DNA of 43,589 nucleotides from a virus (Duplodnaviria > Caudoviricetes). The stretch lies in the IMG/VR virus record IMGVR_UViG_3300017903_000243, positions 1 to 43,589 of that record, one strand, 5' to 3'. Positions 29,969 to 37,789 of the stretch are shown piece after piece; the stretch's first letter is position 1, and each line of letters begins with the position of its first letter. Both the position numbers and the translations under genes were made by a program. Below the pieces are notes generated by a model. That model did no database searches. It saw only the letters and a list, made by a program, of their open reading frames with translations, and was not told the DNA's origin.

Positions 29969-30101
29969 ACAATTTATACCATGATGCTCCTTCTAAAGCT
30001 AGCCACATGAGAATCGGTACACCAAGTAAAAAGAATACGCAAGCTAAAAATGCCCAACCGAGACCTTTTGTCGTACAATAGTGTTCTTTATGTATCATCA
30101 T
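29943..30101 (-). CDS. small membrane protein, 52 aa (not in ORF track)
   Basis: MMIHKEHYCTTKGLGWAFLACVFFLLGVPILMWLALEGASWYKLFDMMNPLW*; GAGGG RBS and one TM helix. Confidence 0.65.
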   Translation of the reverse strand: MMIHKEHYCTTKGLGWAFLACVFFLLGVPILMWLALEGASWYKLFDMMNPLW

Positions 30102-30780
30102 ACGCCCTCAACGCTGTCCATGACTCAGGAAATAACTCCGTCATCTTATCTTCTATTTGTTCTGCCACAAGCCTAGTCTCATACTGAGTATCAGGCTTGA
30201 GCCGTAGTCCACACATTTTTGCAAATGCATACAGTGACCCTGACCAATACCATTCAGTCATCAAAGACAATGGCAGTACCATACGTGCCTGTTCGGGTGC
30301 AACACCTGCATCAATTAGATTGCGGTATGCTTCTAGAGTTTTACCATCTGATAAAGTTTGCACCGTTAGCGGTGATAGAGGAAACCTACCGTTTATATCT
30401 ACCATCTCAACAGTACCCTCACTACCTTGCTTCTTGTCGCTGCTTCTACCACGCCATACTTTAGGTTGATAAAACTCAGGCTCACTGTCAACATAACGTC
30501 TACTAATCTCATTCCAAGGCATATACTCATGCTTCTGTAGCTGACGTGCTACAAAGATAGGAGCTTTAACATGGAACGTAGCAAAGCAGTGGTTGAACGG
30601 TGACTTATGGTGATGCCTAGCTAGATAGGATATTAACTTAACATCGTTGTGCTCTAACACTAACTGTTCACCAGTGTGAATCCTTGGCATCCAACTAGAC
30701 TCTTTACCAAAGCTGACTCTCGCTGCATTGACCACAGACAAGTCACTACCCATATGGTCAATATAAGTTACTTCAATCAT
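30088..30780 (-). CDS. thyX: flavin-dependent thymidylate synthase
   Basis: 'VNAARVSF', 'HKSPF', 'APIFVARQL.KH....NEISRRY', 'APEQARMVLP' and 'QYETR'. Confidence 0.95.
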   Translation of the reverse strand: MIEVTYIDHMGSDLSVVNAARVSFGKESSWMPRIHTGEQLVLEHNDVKLISYLARHHHKSPFNHCFATFHVKAPIFVARQLQKHEYMPWNEISRRYVDSEPEFYQPKVWRGRSSDKKQGSEGTVEMVDINGRFPLSPLTVQTLSDGKTLEAYRNLIDAGVAPEQARMVLPLSLMTEWYWSGSLYAFAKMCGLRLKPDTQYETRLVAEQIEDKMTELFPESWTALRAYDDT

Positions 30781-31178
30781 TTATCCTCCTTATAAAATAT
30801 GTGTGAACCTAAAGTCACAGTTTTTTGATAGTGTTTACTCCAGAATGGTCTAACATAATTAGCATGGTAATACAAAGATCCATCGGTATTGTCCTTCATA
30901 TACCCACGCACTACGTTATGTGCAACCAGTTTAGAAAGTGCCCATGCTATTTCATCTTTTGGTTTATCTGACTTACCGTCACAGTACCAACTGAACTGGC
31001 ACTTACCTCTACCTTTTTCCAGACCTTGATATATCACAGAGCATGCATCATCGGGAAACTTGTCACTGGCTACACGATTAAGCACAACGTGAGCCACACC
31101 TACTTGGCTTTCCAATGGCTCACTACGTGCCTCGTAATATACGTTGAGTGCTATACATGTAAGCATCTCAGCTATCAT
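30777..31178 (-). CDS. SleB-like cell wall hydrolase (Hydrolase_2)
   Basis: 'CIALNVYYEARSE...VAHVVLNRV...FP...C.VIYQ...CQFSW...YYHA.YV.P.W...G.HIFY'. Confidence 0.9.
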   Translation of the reverse strand: MIAEMLTCIALNVYYEARSEPLESQVGVAHVVLNRVASDKFPDDACSVIYQGLEKGRGKCQFSWYCDGKSDKPKDEIAWALSKLVAHNVVRGYMKDNTDGSLYYHANYVRPFWSKHYQKTVTLGSHIFYKEDK

Positions 31179-31348
31179 TGCTGCACATCCACCTCTAGAC
31201 AAGCCACTGTCTCAGACTTGTGCGTTATCATCTTAGCTGCTTTACTCAACTCAATCTGACACTCTTCCAGTGTGGCATAAGTACCAAGTTGGTAGTGTTC
31301 AACAGACTGTGTGCTGAACAGTTGCATCCATACTAATACATACATCAT
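31175..31348 (-). CDS. small protein, 57 aa (not in ORF track)
   Basis: MMYVLVWMQL...Y.TLEEC...VACLEV; AGGAG RBS and ATGA overlaps at both ends. Confidence 0.65.
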   Translation of the reverse strand: MMYVLVWMQLFSTQSVEHYQLGTYATLEECQIELSKAAKMITHKSETVACLEVDVQQ

Positions 31349-31482
31349 TCTTCTATCTCCTTTCCTTTATGCTTCTTCTTTCTAGGCACTACACCTTTCT
31401 TTCGATCAGGTATAGCTCGTTGTTTATACTTTGGTTGCCGAAGGTCTTTTGCCATCGGGTTTTTAATGTATCGGTCCTTCAT
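31345..31482 (-). CDS. basic 45-aa protein, ArfA-like (not in ORF track)
   Basis: MKDRYIKNPMAKDLRQPKYKQRAIPDRKKGVVPRKKKHKGKEIEE*. Confidence 0.55.
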   Translation of the reverse strand: MKDRYIKNPMAKDLRQPKYKQRAIPDRKKGVVPRKKKHKGKEIEE

Positions 31483-31657
31483 ACCAGTCATCCCAGTTTA
31501 CCTCAAGCTCTTTGTGAAACCTAATATCAGCCGCCATTAAAAAGAATAAGGCGGCAAGCTCCATTGCATACTCATCTTTAATCACACCTTCTGAGAATAG
31601 CCTACCATATTTTTCAAAAGTTTCTACAGGTATCTCCCTATCTTTTCTTTTCTTCAT
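31463..31657 (-). CDS. hypothetical protein
   Basis: 64 aa with an ATGA overlap with the recombinase stop. Confidence 0.6.
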   Translation of the reverse strand: MKKRKDREIPVETFEKYGRLFSEGVIKDEYAMELAALFFLMAADIRFHKELEVNWDDWYEGPIH

Positions 31658-32538
31658 TCTCTTTGTCTCCTCTCTAGTGCAGACTTTGCGGTTTTTAAAC
31701 TAAATTTATTATACGGATTTAGACTGGTTACGTTCTTATGACCAGACACAGATTGTATTGCCAGATGATCAACTCCACTCTCAATCATTTGTACAATTGC
31801 AGTCTTACGTAGATCACCTACTCTCAGCTCATCAGGAAGCCCTGCAGTAGCCTTAACTTCTGCCAGTAGTCCAGTCATCTGGGAAACCGTTAGCGGTCTG
31901 TAGGCATCATCTGAGGCTCTGTGGTGAGGTACTACGTATTCCTGAAAGTCCCAGTCACCTTTCTGCTCAGTGAGCATGGTATGTAAGTTGTCAGGTATTG
32001 GCAACTCTACCTCAGCTCCACGTTTAGTCTGTTTGATTTCTACAACTCTCTTATCAAGGTCAATATTGTCCCAAGTTAGATTACGAATATCTATTGGGCG
32101 TTGACCCCACTCATAGCACATCAATACGATCAGCCCGATATTACGCCATTCAAATTTAGTAAAGGCGGTATCGAGAAATGATAATACCTGATCATGCGTC
32201 CATATGACAGACCGAGGTTCGCTCTGACGTTTCTTAACTCTAGCCATTGGATTGAGTATCATTATCTCCATTGCGATAAGATAATTAATGAGAACTGAAA
32301 ACACCCTAGCGTTATGGTTCGCATTAGCAGTGGATGTTTCCAACTCCCACGTATCGTATATCTCAGAGCACATTGCTACACTCAGTCTGTCTAGCTGAAC
32401 GTTGCCGAGCTTTCTTCCCATAACAGACATACGACAGAAAGCTAGTAGACACGACTCGTAGTTCTTTTGCGAGGAACTAGAGAGAGAGTTGAACTGACGA
32501 GTGTGGAGATAATTGTCTACAGCTTTATTAAATTTCAT
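31654..32538 (-). CDS. tyrosine recombinase / integrase
   Basis: N-terminal SAM-like core-binding region; catalytic R (GQR), K (QTKR), 'GDLRKT' in place of HxLR, H (SGHK) and Y (NPY). Confidence 0.9.
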   Translation of the reverse strand: MKFNKAVDNYLHTRQFNSLSSSSQKNYESCLLAFCRMSVMGRKLGNVQLDRLSVAMCSEIYDTWELETSTANANHNARVFSVLINYLIAMEIMILNPMARVKKRQSEPRSVIWTHDQVLSFLDTAFTKFEWRNIGLIVLMCYEWGQRPIDIRNLTWDNIDLDKRVVEIKQTKRGAEVELPIPDNLHTMLTEQKGDWDFQEYVVPHHRASDDAYRPLTVSQMTGLLAEVKATAGLPDELRVGDLRKTAIVQMIESGVDHLAIQSVSGHKNVTSLNPYNKFSLKTAKSALERRQRE

Positions 32539-32588
32539 ATCTTTCCTATCCAATGTGAGCAGTCATCATGTGGGTCATCTACTTCCAT
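32535..32588 (-). CDS. 17-aa micropeptide MEVDDPHDDCSHWIGKI coupled to the recombinase
   Basis: AGGAGGT RBS at 32593-32599; its TGA overlaps the recombinase ATG (ATGA). Confidence 0.55.
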   Translation of the reverse strand: MEVDDPHDDCSHWIGKI

Positions 32589-32598
32589 AGGCACCTCC

Positions 32599-32680
32599 TA
32601 CTCTAAGGAACCTATAGTTATACTTAAAGTATTTAATATTACTACTATAAATATTAAAAAACTTTAAGTTACTTAAAGTA
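32599..32680. repeat. palindrome array 1 (WACTTWAAGTW units flanking an AT-rich spacer)
   Basis: TACTTAAAGTA at 32621 and 32670, AACTTTAAGTT at 32660, degenerate units at 32599 and 32609; spacer contains ATTACTACTAT. Confidence 0.8.
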
Positions 32681-32726
32681 TATATAAAATATACTATTCC
32701 TACAAAAGATCAAGTGTGACATGTCG

Positions 32727-33695
32727 TCACATGTATTTCTTCCAATACTTATCATTACCATAATTGTCTGAATAGTTGTAGTAAGCAGACATATCATCAA
32801 TGTGGCATTCTTCCATAAGACTGTGCGGAGTAAAGCCATATTGGTCAAGCAGCTCTGCAACTCTGGTTGGGTAGTCAATGATAAGTTGCTCAAGAGCAAA
32901 AGTATTATCGTCATCGTAATCATACTTGTAACCGTACTTGTCATCACGTTGATACAAGTCCTCAACCTTGGATGCATCACGCTCGAACACTAGACCAGAC
33001 CAGTCAGCTTGACACAGTGCAATCAGTAATTCATCAGCATAATCAAGGTCTTGCACCTCATTCTTAGTGTGTTGATTGTAGTAGCCAACACTGATATTTG
33101 TACACTCAGATACCACTGAAGCATACTCATTGCTGTCAGTATAAGAGCCAGTATTGTCAGGTTGTAGTAGTGGCATATTTACAACACTTGCAAAAGATTT
33201 TGCAAAGTTATCGGATGCAGTACGCAGTCCCATCTGGTGTGTGATTACAGAGTTCTGACCCTTGCGATCAAAAGATATTACTGCGTCAATATGACCCAAC
33301 CAATCAGGCTCAGACATTATCAGATTAGAGCTACCCTGACAGCCAGATTCTTCTGCTGCATGGATAACATAGACACCTTGTACACCGAACTCAATCATGC
33401 CGAGGATCAGCCATACACCAGTGGTGCAGTCAGCACCTAGACAGTTAGAGTCAGAGTGATTAGATATAGATATTACATCATTCATAATGATCAGCTTTTG
33501 GAAGCCATCATCTTTGTGTACAGTGTCATGGTGTGCGGTAAAACATAGATTAGGTTCGTCACCTATGATCTTGATATAATTACCGAATTGGTCAGGCTTA
33601 CCGAATGTAGGTTCGAGAAACCTCTTACAAAAAGCTCGCTGCGTAGCACTACCCTCTGGGCGTTTGTAACGCAACATTTCTACTAGACTATGCAT
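32727..33695 (-). CDS. M28/M20-like zinc metallopeptidase
   Basis: 'AHHDTVH', 'LGADCTTG', 'AAEESG', 'FDRKG', 'YTDS' and 'GYYNQHT' metal-ligand pattern. Confidence 0.8.
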   Translation of the reverse strand: MHSLVEMLRYKRPEGSATQRAFCKRFLEPTFGKPDQFGNYIKIIGDEPNLCFTAHHDTVHKDDGFQKLIIMNDVISISNHSDSNCLGADCTTGVWLILGMIEFGVQGVYVIHAAEESGCQGSSNLIMSEPDWLGHIDAVISFDRKGQNSVITHQMGLRTASDNFAKSFASVVNMPLLQPDNTGSYTDSNEYASVVSECTNISVGYYNQHTKNEVQDLDYADELLIALCQADWSGLVFERDASKVEDLYQRDDKYGYKYDYDDDNTFALEQLIIDYPTRVAELLDQYGFTPHSLMEECHIDDMSAYYNYSDNYGNDKYWKKYM

Positions 33696-35308
33696 TAGTC
33701 ATTCTCCTCTTTCTTTTTCCATATATTTTTTTCTTCATCATATTCACGATTATCATCTTTAGCCTCATCAATGGATACGGTATCACCAGTATCTGTGGTA
33801 GCCATAAGCTCATCGGGATATATCTCACCATCCCAGTCAGATATGAAGTAAGTACCTGCATCAAGAGCACGTTGACTGATGTAGGTGTCCTCATGCTCAC
33901 AGTAGTAGGCTAGGTCAATATGCCAATACTCTTGATCATTCTCACAGTACATGAAGTAGTCACCATACTCAACAGCCCACTCACTGACAATCTCTTGAGC
34001 ATAGCCATTTCTATTAGAGTAAGGTACATAGACCGTGTAAGATTCGTTGCGATGGTAATCTGCATCTGCATACTCACAGTAGAAGTGCTCGTCATAGTAG
34101 CAGTCATTGCAGTAATAGGCATCATTGTACTCGCTGTAGTATGACTCATCCTCACTCAAACCTGAGTTGCAAGACTCACAGTAACATGCATGGTCATTGA
34201 GGATACCTGAGTAGCCATTGGCATCAATACAACCGTGAGAATCAATAACAAGATACTCACCATCATCAGTCAGTCTGCGTGGCTCAGGGTCAAGGTATGG
34301 TGCATAGAAAGCATCAGGATCATCTTCTGTGGGTTGACGTAGCAACCTAGCACCTACCCATGCATCATCAGCACCATACTCACCGTTGGGTGTAGCTAGG
34401 ATATGTTGCTCTAGCATATCTATTGCTTGCTCTGACACACCATATATCGGACCGCCTCTGTATTGTCCGTCAGGCATGACACGAACCACACAACGAGATG
34501 CGATCTTACCGTCTGAGTCCTCTGTCCATAGCATCTGGAAGTCACCACTTGCGTATGCTGTGACTGGATGTACAGGCAAGTGATCGAAGTCATACCGCAT
34601 ACATGATGATGCACTAGACTTACGTTGATAAGTGGTACTGATGTTGTCAGTAGGGGCTTGCGTCCATGAATAGGCTTTGACAAAATCTTTGGCATCTGCG
34701 CCCTCCCTAATAAATAACTCACGTTTAGCAAACCTGTTAAGGTACATGTCAGTGAGTTCAATAACTTGTTTGTGTTCTAGCTCAGGAAACATCATAGAAA
34801 ATGCACGAGCTGGCTTCATGGCAACCTCACGGTCACGCTCAAAGCGATCACGAGCAGATTGATACATGGTAATCTTAGGTGCAAACCGTTTGGATCTGCG
34901 AGGTGCAAAGCATCGTAGACGTAATGTACCCTTGACCTCAGCCTTTTGACCATGACCAGTGACTTGAAGATAGGCACGATCAAACCATGCGATGAATGTA
35001 TCGTCACGATTACGAAACATATCCACATCATCATAGTTGCCCCATGCCTTGAGCACAGGGTCAATCTCGTCAGGTGCAGACCAGTCACGCTTGACTACAA
35101 AGCCATTCTGTTGTGGATAAGACACCAAGTAACGAAACTCACCGATGTAGATAACAGCACCACGCAACTCTTTGGTGTTGTCGTAGTGTACGTTTATCTC
35201 AGGATGAGATACATCGTAGTTCTCGTACAATGTAACCTGTTCGGCAAGATGTGCATTGTATGCAGCAATCTTGTCCATATCATTAGGCATGATCCAATAT
35301 TTAGCCAT
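33695..35308 (-). CDS. uncharacterised protein with SCM motif and acidic Cys/Tyr-rich Zn-finger-like repeats
   Basis: 537 aa: 'SSCMRY', 'IASRCVV', 'APYLD', 'CESC...YYCNDC...FYCEY'. Confidence 0.7.
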   Translation of the reverse strand: MAKYWIMPNDMDKIAAYNAHLAEQVTLYENYDVSHPEINVHYDNTKELRGAVIYIGEFRYLVSYPQQNGFVVKRDWSAPDEIDPVLKAWGNYDDVDMFRNRDDTFIAWFDRAYLQVTGHGQKAEVKGTLRLRCFAPRRSKRFAPKITMYQSARDRFERDREVAMKPARAFSMMFPELEHKQVIELTDMYLNRFAKRELFIREGADAKDFVKAYSWTQAPTDNISTTYQRKSSASSCMRYDFDHLPVHPVTAYASGDFQMLWTEDSDGKIASRCVVRVMPDGQYRGGPIYGVSEQAIDMLEQHILATPNGEYGADDAWVGARLLRQPTEDDPDAFYAPYLDPEPRRLTDDGEYLVIDSHGCIDANGYSGILNDHACYCESCNSGLSEDESYYSEYNDAYYCNDCYYDEHFYCEYADADYHRNESYTVYVPYSNRNGYAQEIVSEWAVEYGDYFMYCENDQEYWHIDLAYYCEHEDTYISQRALDAGTYFISDWDGEIYPDELMATTDTGDTVSIDEAKDDNREYDEEKNIWKKKEEND

Positions 35309-35309
35309 G

Positions 35310-35801
35310 TCAGTTCCTCCATTCTGGCTCTCTACCCCAACGCCATGTCAAGGTAATATTGTTTTCTTTCCAACGATCATTCATATACATACGATATGCT
35401 TCATGCACATCTGGATGTTCTGAATAATCAACTCCACGTTCTAAATTCCTAGCACAGTTAGCAAACGGTGTCAAGTCTTCACTAGGAAAATATCCAGTAA
35501 AACTATATTGATCCAAGTCTGGTATGAGTTCACCAGATTTATGATTGCCACCTTTTTGTAGATAAAGGTGAGCCATATGACTAAGCAACCACTTGAAGTT
35601 TTCTCGTGATTGCCTAGCCCAGATTGTACAAGGGTGGTTCAAGTACGCAACCTTGTACACTGATAAGTCAGTATCTGGACACAGTACACGCACTGCGGTA
35701 GACAACATCTGTGCAGACTCAAGAATCATCTTGTTCTTACGGATGTCGTCTAACCACCATGCAGACTGCATCGGACACTTATCCAATGCGAATATATTCA
35801 T
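35310..35801 (-). CDS. pyrimidine dimer DNA glycosylase-like protein
   Basis: 'MNIF.LD..P..SA..LDD...KMILESAQMLST...NHPCTIWARQS..NF.WL'. Confidence 0.75.
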   Translation of the reverse strand: MNIFALDKCPMQSAWWLDDIRKNKMILESAQMLSTAVRVLCPDTDLSVYKVAYLNHPCTIWARQSRENFKWLLSHMAHLYLQKGGNHKSGELIPDLDQYSFTGYFPSEDLTPFANCARNLERGVDYSEHPDVHEAYRMYMNDRWKENNITLTWRWGREPEWRN

Positions 35802-36296
35802 TTACATTAAGTCCTTTCCATTTAGATCTTGAACTACTTGCTCTAGCAGATAGGTTGCATCTTTCAACTTATCTTCTAAAACTGCTATCCTACCTTTGAG
35901 ATCACCATTCTCCATCTTGGTCATAACAAAGTCACGTCTCTCACGCTTTTGCATGGTAGGTTGTAGACCCTCCATGTATAGATTGTAACCAAGAGACTTG
36001 TTGCGATAGCCTAGTTCTCTACGCCATTTACACACCGTATCTATTGATATATCAAACATTTTAGAGGTCTCAATTCCTGTGTGATTATCATAATATTGAC
36101 ACACCTCATGTTTAAAGTCAGAACTAAACCTAGAACGACCTTTGATAAAGCCTAGCTTTTTTGACCAATTAACCACACTACAGACTGACACATTAAACTC
36201 TCTAGCTGTGTTATAAACATCGTGCGTTTTATAAAAGTCAACGACTATTGCTTTGTACTCATCAGAAAAACGCTTACCATTTTTAGAATTACCCAT
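35802..36296 (-). CDS. tandem HTH DNA-binding protein with coiled coil
   Basis: Two repeats 'RFS..(Y/F)K..V..(F/Y)Y..H....T...F.(V/I)S...V..W...LG' plus a leucine-zipper-like C-terminus. Confidence 0.7.
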   Translation of the reverse strand: MGNSKNGKRFSDEYKAIVVDFYKTHDVYNTAREFNVSVCSVVNWSKKLGFIKGRSRFSSDFKHEVCQYYDNHTGIETSKMFDISIDTVCKWRRELGYRNKSLGYNLYMEGLQPTMQKRERRDFVMTKMENGDLKGRIAVLEDKLKDATYLLEQVVQDLNGKDLM

Positions 36297-36306
36297 AATA
36301 AATCTC

Positions 36307-36432
36307 CTACAATTTGGGTTTCACTTCTACCTTAAATCCTTTGGACTTAAGCACTCTTACGGTCTTATCGACCTCACGCAATGGGAATGAGCAAATGCAC
36401 TTCCCATCTACATACAACCAGACGTATCTCAT
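36307..36432 (-). CDS. small early protein, 41 aa (not in ORF track)
   Basis: MRYVWLYVDGKCICSFPLREVDKTVRVLKSKGFKVEVKPKL*; ATGA overlap with the upstream gene. Confidence 0.55.
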   Translation of the reverse strand: MRYVWLYVDGKCICSFPLREVDKTVRVLKSKGFKVEVKPKL

Positions 36433-36647
36433 TCGTTAGACACAATACGACTGACGGTATCCTCTACTAACTTTATTTCACCATCGGGCAAATGCAACTC
36501 AAGTTCCATATCGGTATGCCCGAAGTCACTATCCATGCGTTGTAGTCTTTGCACGATTTCATTGAGACTGCTACCAGTTTCATCCAACATTACTGCACCG
36601 TTGTCAGTCTCATACCAACCAGTTAAAATTACACTATGATTTTGCAT
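36429..36647 (-). CDS. hypothetical early protein
   Basis: 72 aa in a packed operon. Confidence 0.6.
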   Translation of the reverse strand: MQNHSVILTGWYETDNGAVMLDETGSSLNEIVQRLQRMDSDFGHTDMELELHLPDGEIKLVEDTVSRIVSNE

Positions 36648-36750
36648 TTTTCATTATCCCTTCACAGATTGCACGGATGCGAGTGATGACAATAACTTTA
36701 CCATTGTCACCATACAGCACCCACTTTTTACCATTATACACTAATTGCAT
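36634..36750 (-). CDS. small early protein, 38 aa (not in ORF track)
   Basis: MQLVYNGKKWVLYGDNGKVIVITRIRAICEGIMKNAKS*; fills the gap between ORFs. Confidence 0.5.
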   Translation of the reverse strand: MQLVYNGKKWVLYGDNGKVIVITRIRAICEGIMKNAKS

Positions 36751-36752
36751 AA

Positions 36753-37040
36753 CTACACTAATTCAGATGGTTTATGCAAGCTATAATATTGTGCCCCATC
36801 AGCCCAATAATAATAGTCACGTTCAAAGTTAATGACTTCCATTACAGACGCATTGACTGTGAATGACCGTTCAAACTTTTGCCCATCGCAGTCACTTCCC
36901 CAAGTAAACACACCTATTTTACCACCTTCCTTAAATGAGTTGATACGATACCATAGGTGTTCTCTAGCTAGTAACCAGTCACCATTACCGTAGCTTTTGC
37001 ACTGTTTACGCAATGCCCTTTTCATCTCTTGAGTTATCAT
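36753..37040 (-). CDS. hypothetical early protein
   Basis: 95 aa with AAGGG RBS. Confidence 0.65.
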   Translation of the reverse strand: MITQEMKRALRKQCKSYGNGDWLLAREHLWYRINSFKEGGKIGVFTWGSDCDGQKFERSFTVNASVMEVINFERDYYYWADGAQYYSLHKPSELV

Positions 37041-37061
37041 GTTTTCCCTTTCTCTCTCAGA

Positions 37062-37114
37062 TTAACATGAGAAAACACCCGACAGAATACTATCGGGTGC
37101 TTATCCAATATTAA
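37062..37114 (-). promoter_or_regulatory. long intergenic hairpin, RNase III site-like
   Basis: ~24-bp stem (GCACCCGATAG/CTGTCGGGTGT core) whose mismatches are G-U pairs on the minus strand. Confidence 0.6.
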
Positions 37115-37135
37115 ACAAAGTGTTATATTATAACA

Positions 37136-37666
37136 TTACGCTGCAAGTTTAGCGGCATCAGCAGCAACTTTTGCAAGTTTAGCATTATTTTCAGCAACTT
37201 TCTGGGCTTGCTGCAATGCTGCAATCATAGCACCAATACGGTCTGGATTGCGCTTGACTTGGTTTTCAGCCCATTTGATAGCGTCAAATTCTTTTGCTTC
37301 AGTATCAATACTGAAAGCTTTAGACCATTTAGAACCACGCATTGAAGTACCATCAGCAACTAACTGGTTTAATGTATCAACTGCACTATTTGTTAGTGTA
37401 GCATTTTTAGTTTTAATGCGATACTGGTTAGTTTTCTTATCAATATTGATACTAACACCAGACCATATTGATCTGATAGTCAATTCAAAGTTAGTAGCAC
37501 CATCTTTTTTAGATTTAATCTTATCTAACATCATAGCGATAATTGAAGTATCACCAGTTTTGATTGCATGGTTTACAGCGTCAAGAGTGTTTTGACCCAT
37601 TGCAATACCGTTGCCTAAGTTACGTGAAAAGTTACCTACGAATTTTGAAATATTTGTTACACTCAT
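37136..37666 (-). CDS. first early-arm protein, unknown function
   Basis: 176 aa, GGAG RBS, ends ...AADAAKLAA. Confidence 0.75.
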   Translation of the reverse strand: MSVTNISKFVGNFSRNLGNGIAMGQNTLDAVNHAIKTGDTSIIAMMLDKIKSKKDGATNFELTIRSIWSGVSINIDKKTNQYRIKTKNATLTNSAVDTLNQLVADGTSMRGSKWSKAFSIDTEAKEFDAIKWAENQVKRNPDRIGAMIAALQQAQKVAENNAKLAKVAADAAKLAA

Positions 37667-37711
37667 TTTTAATCTCCATTTTATATGAGTTTACGTTACC
37701 GATATAACAGA

Positions 37712-37788
37712 ATGTTATACCGTCAATGTACTACATGAATACATTGAAAGTATAACATAGGGCATCAAGTATAAAACTTAATGCCCTA
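37712..37788 (-). promoter_or_regulatory. two adjacent hairpins (processing/termination-like)
   Basis: ATGTTATAC..TCAATGTA/TACATTGA..GTATAACAT (37712-37758) and TAGGGCATCAAGT/ACTTAATGCCCTA (37758-37788). Confidence 0.55.
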
Positions 37789-37789
37789 A

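Noticed and set aside
32669-32980. 103-aa minus ORF across array 1
   Set aside because: It is an off-frame overlap with the peptidase 3' end and the AT-rich repeats.
22041-35899. Plus-strand and off-frame ORFs across the replication arm
   Set aside because: They overlap well-supported minus-strand genes entirely.
35802-36296. IS element / transposase
   Set aside because: Only HTH repeats are present, with no DDE domain or terminal inverted repeats.
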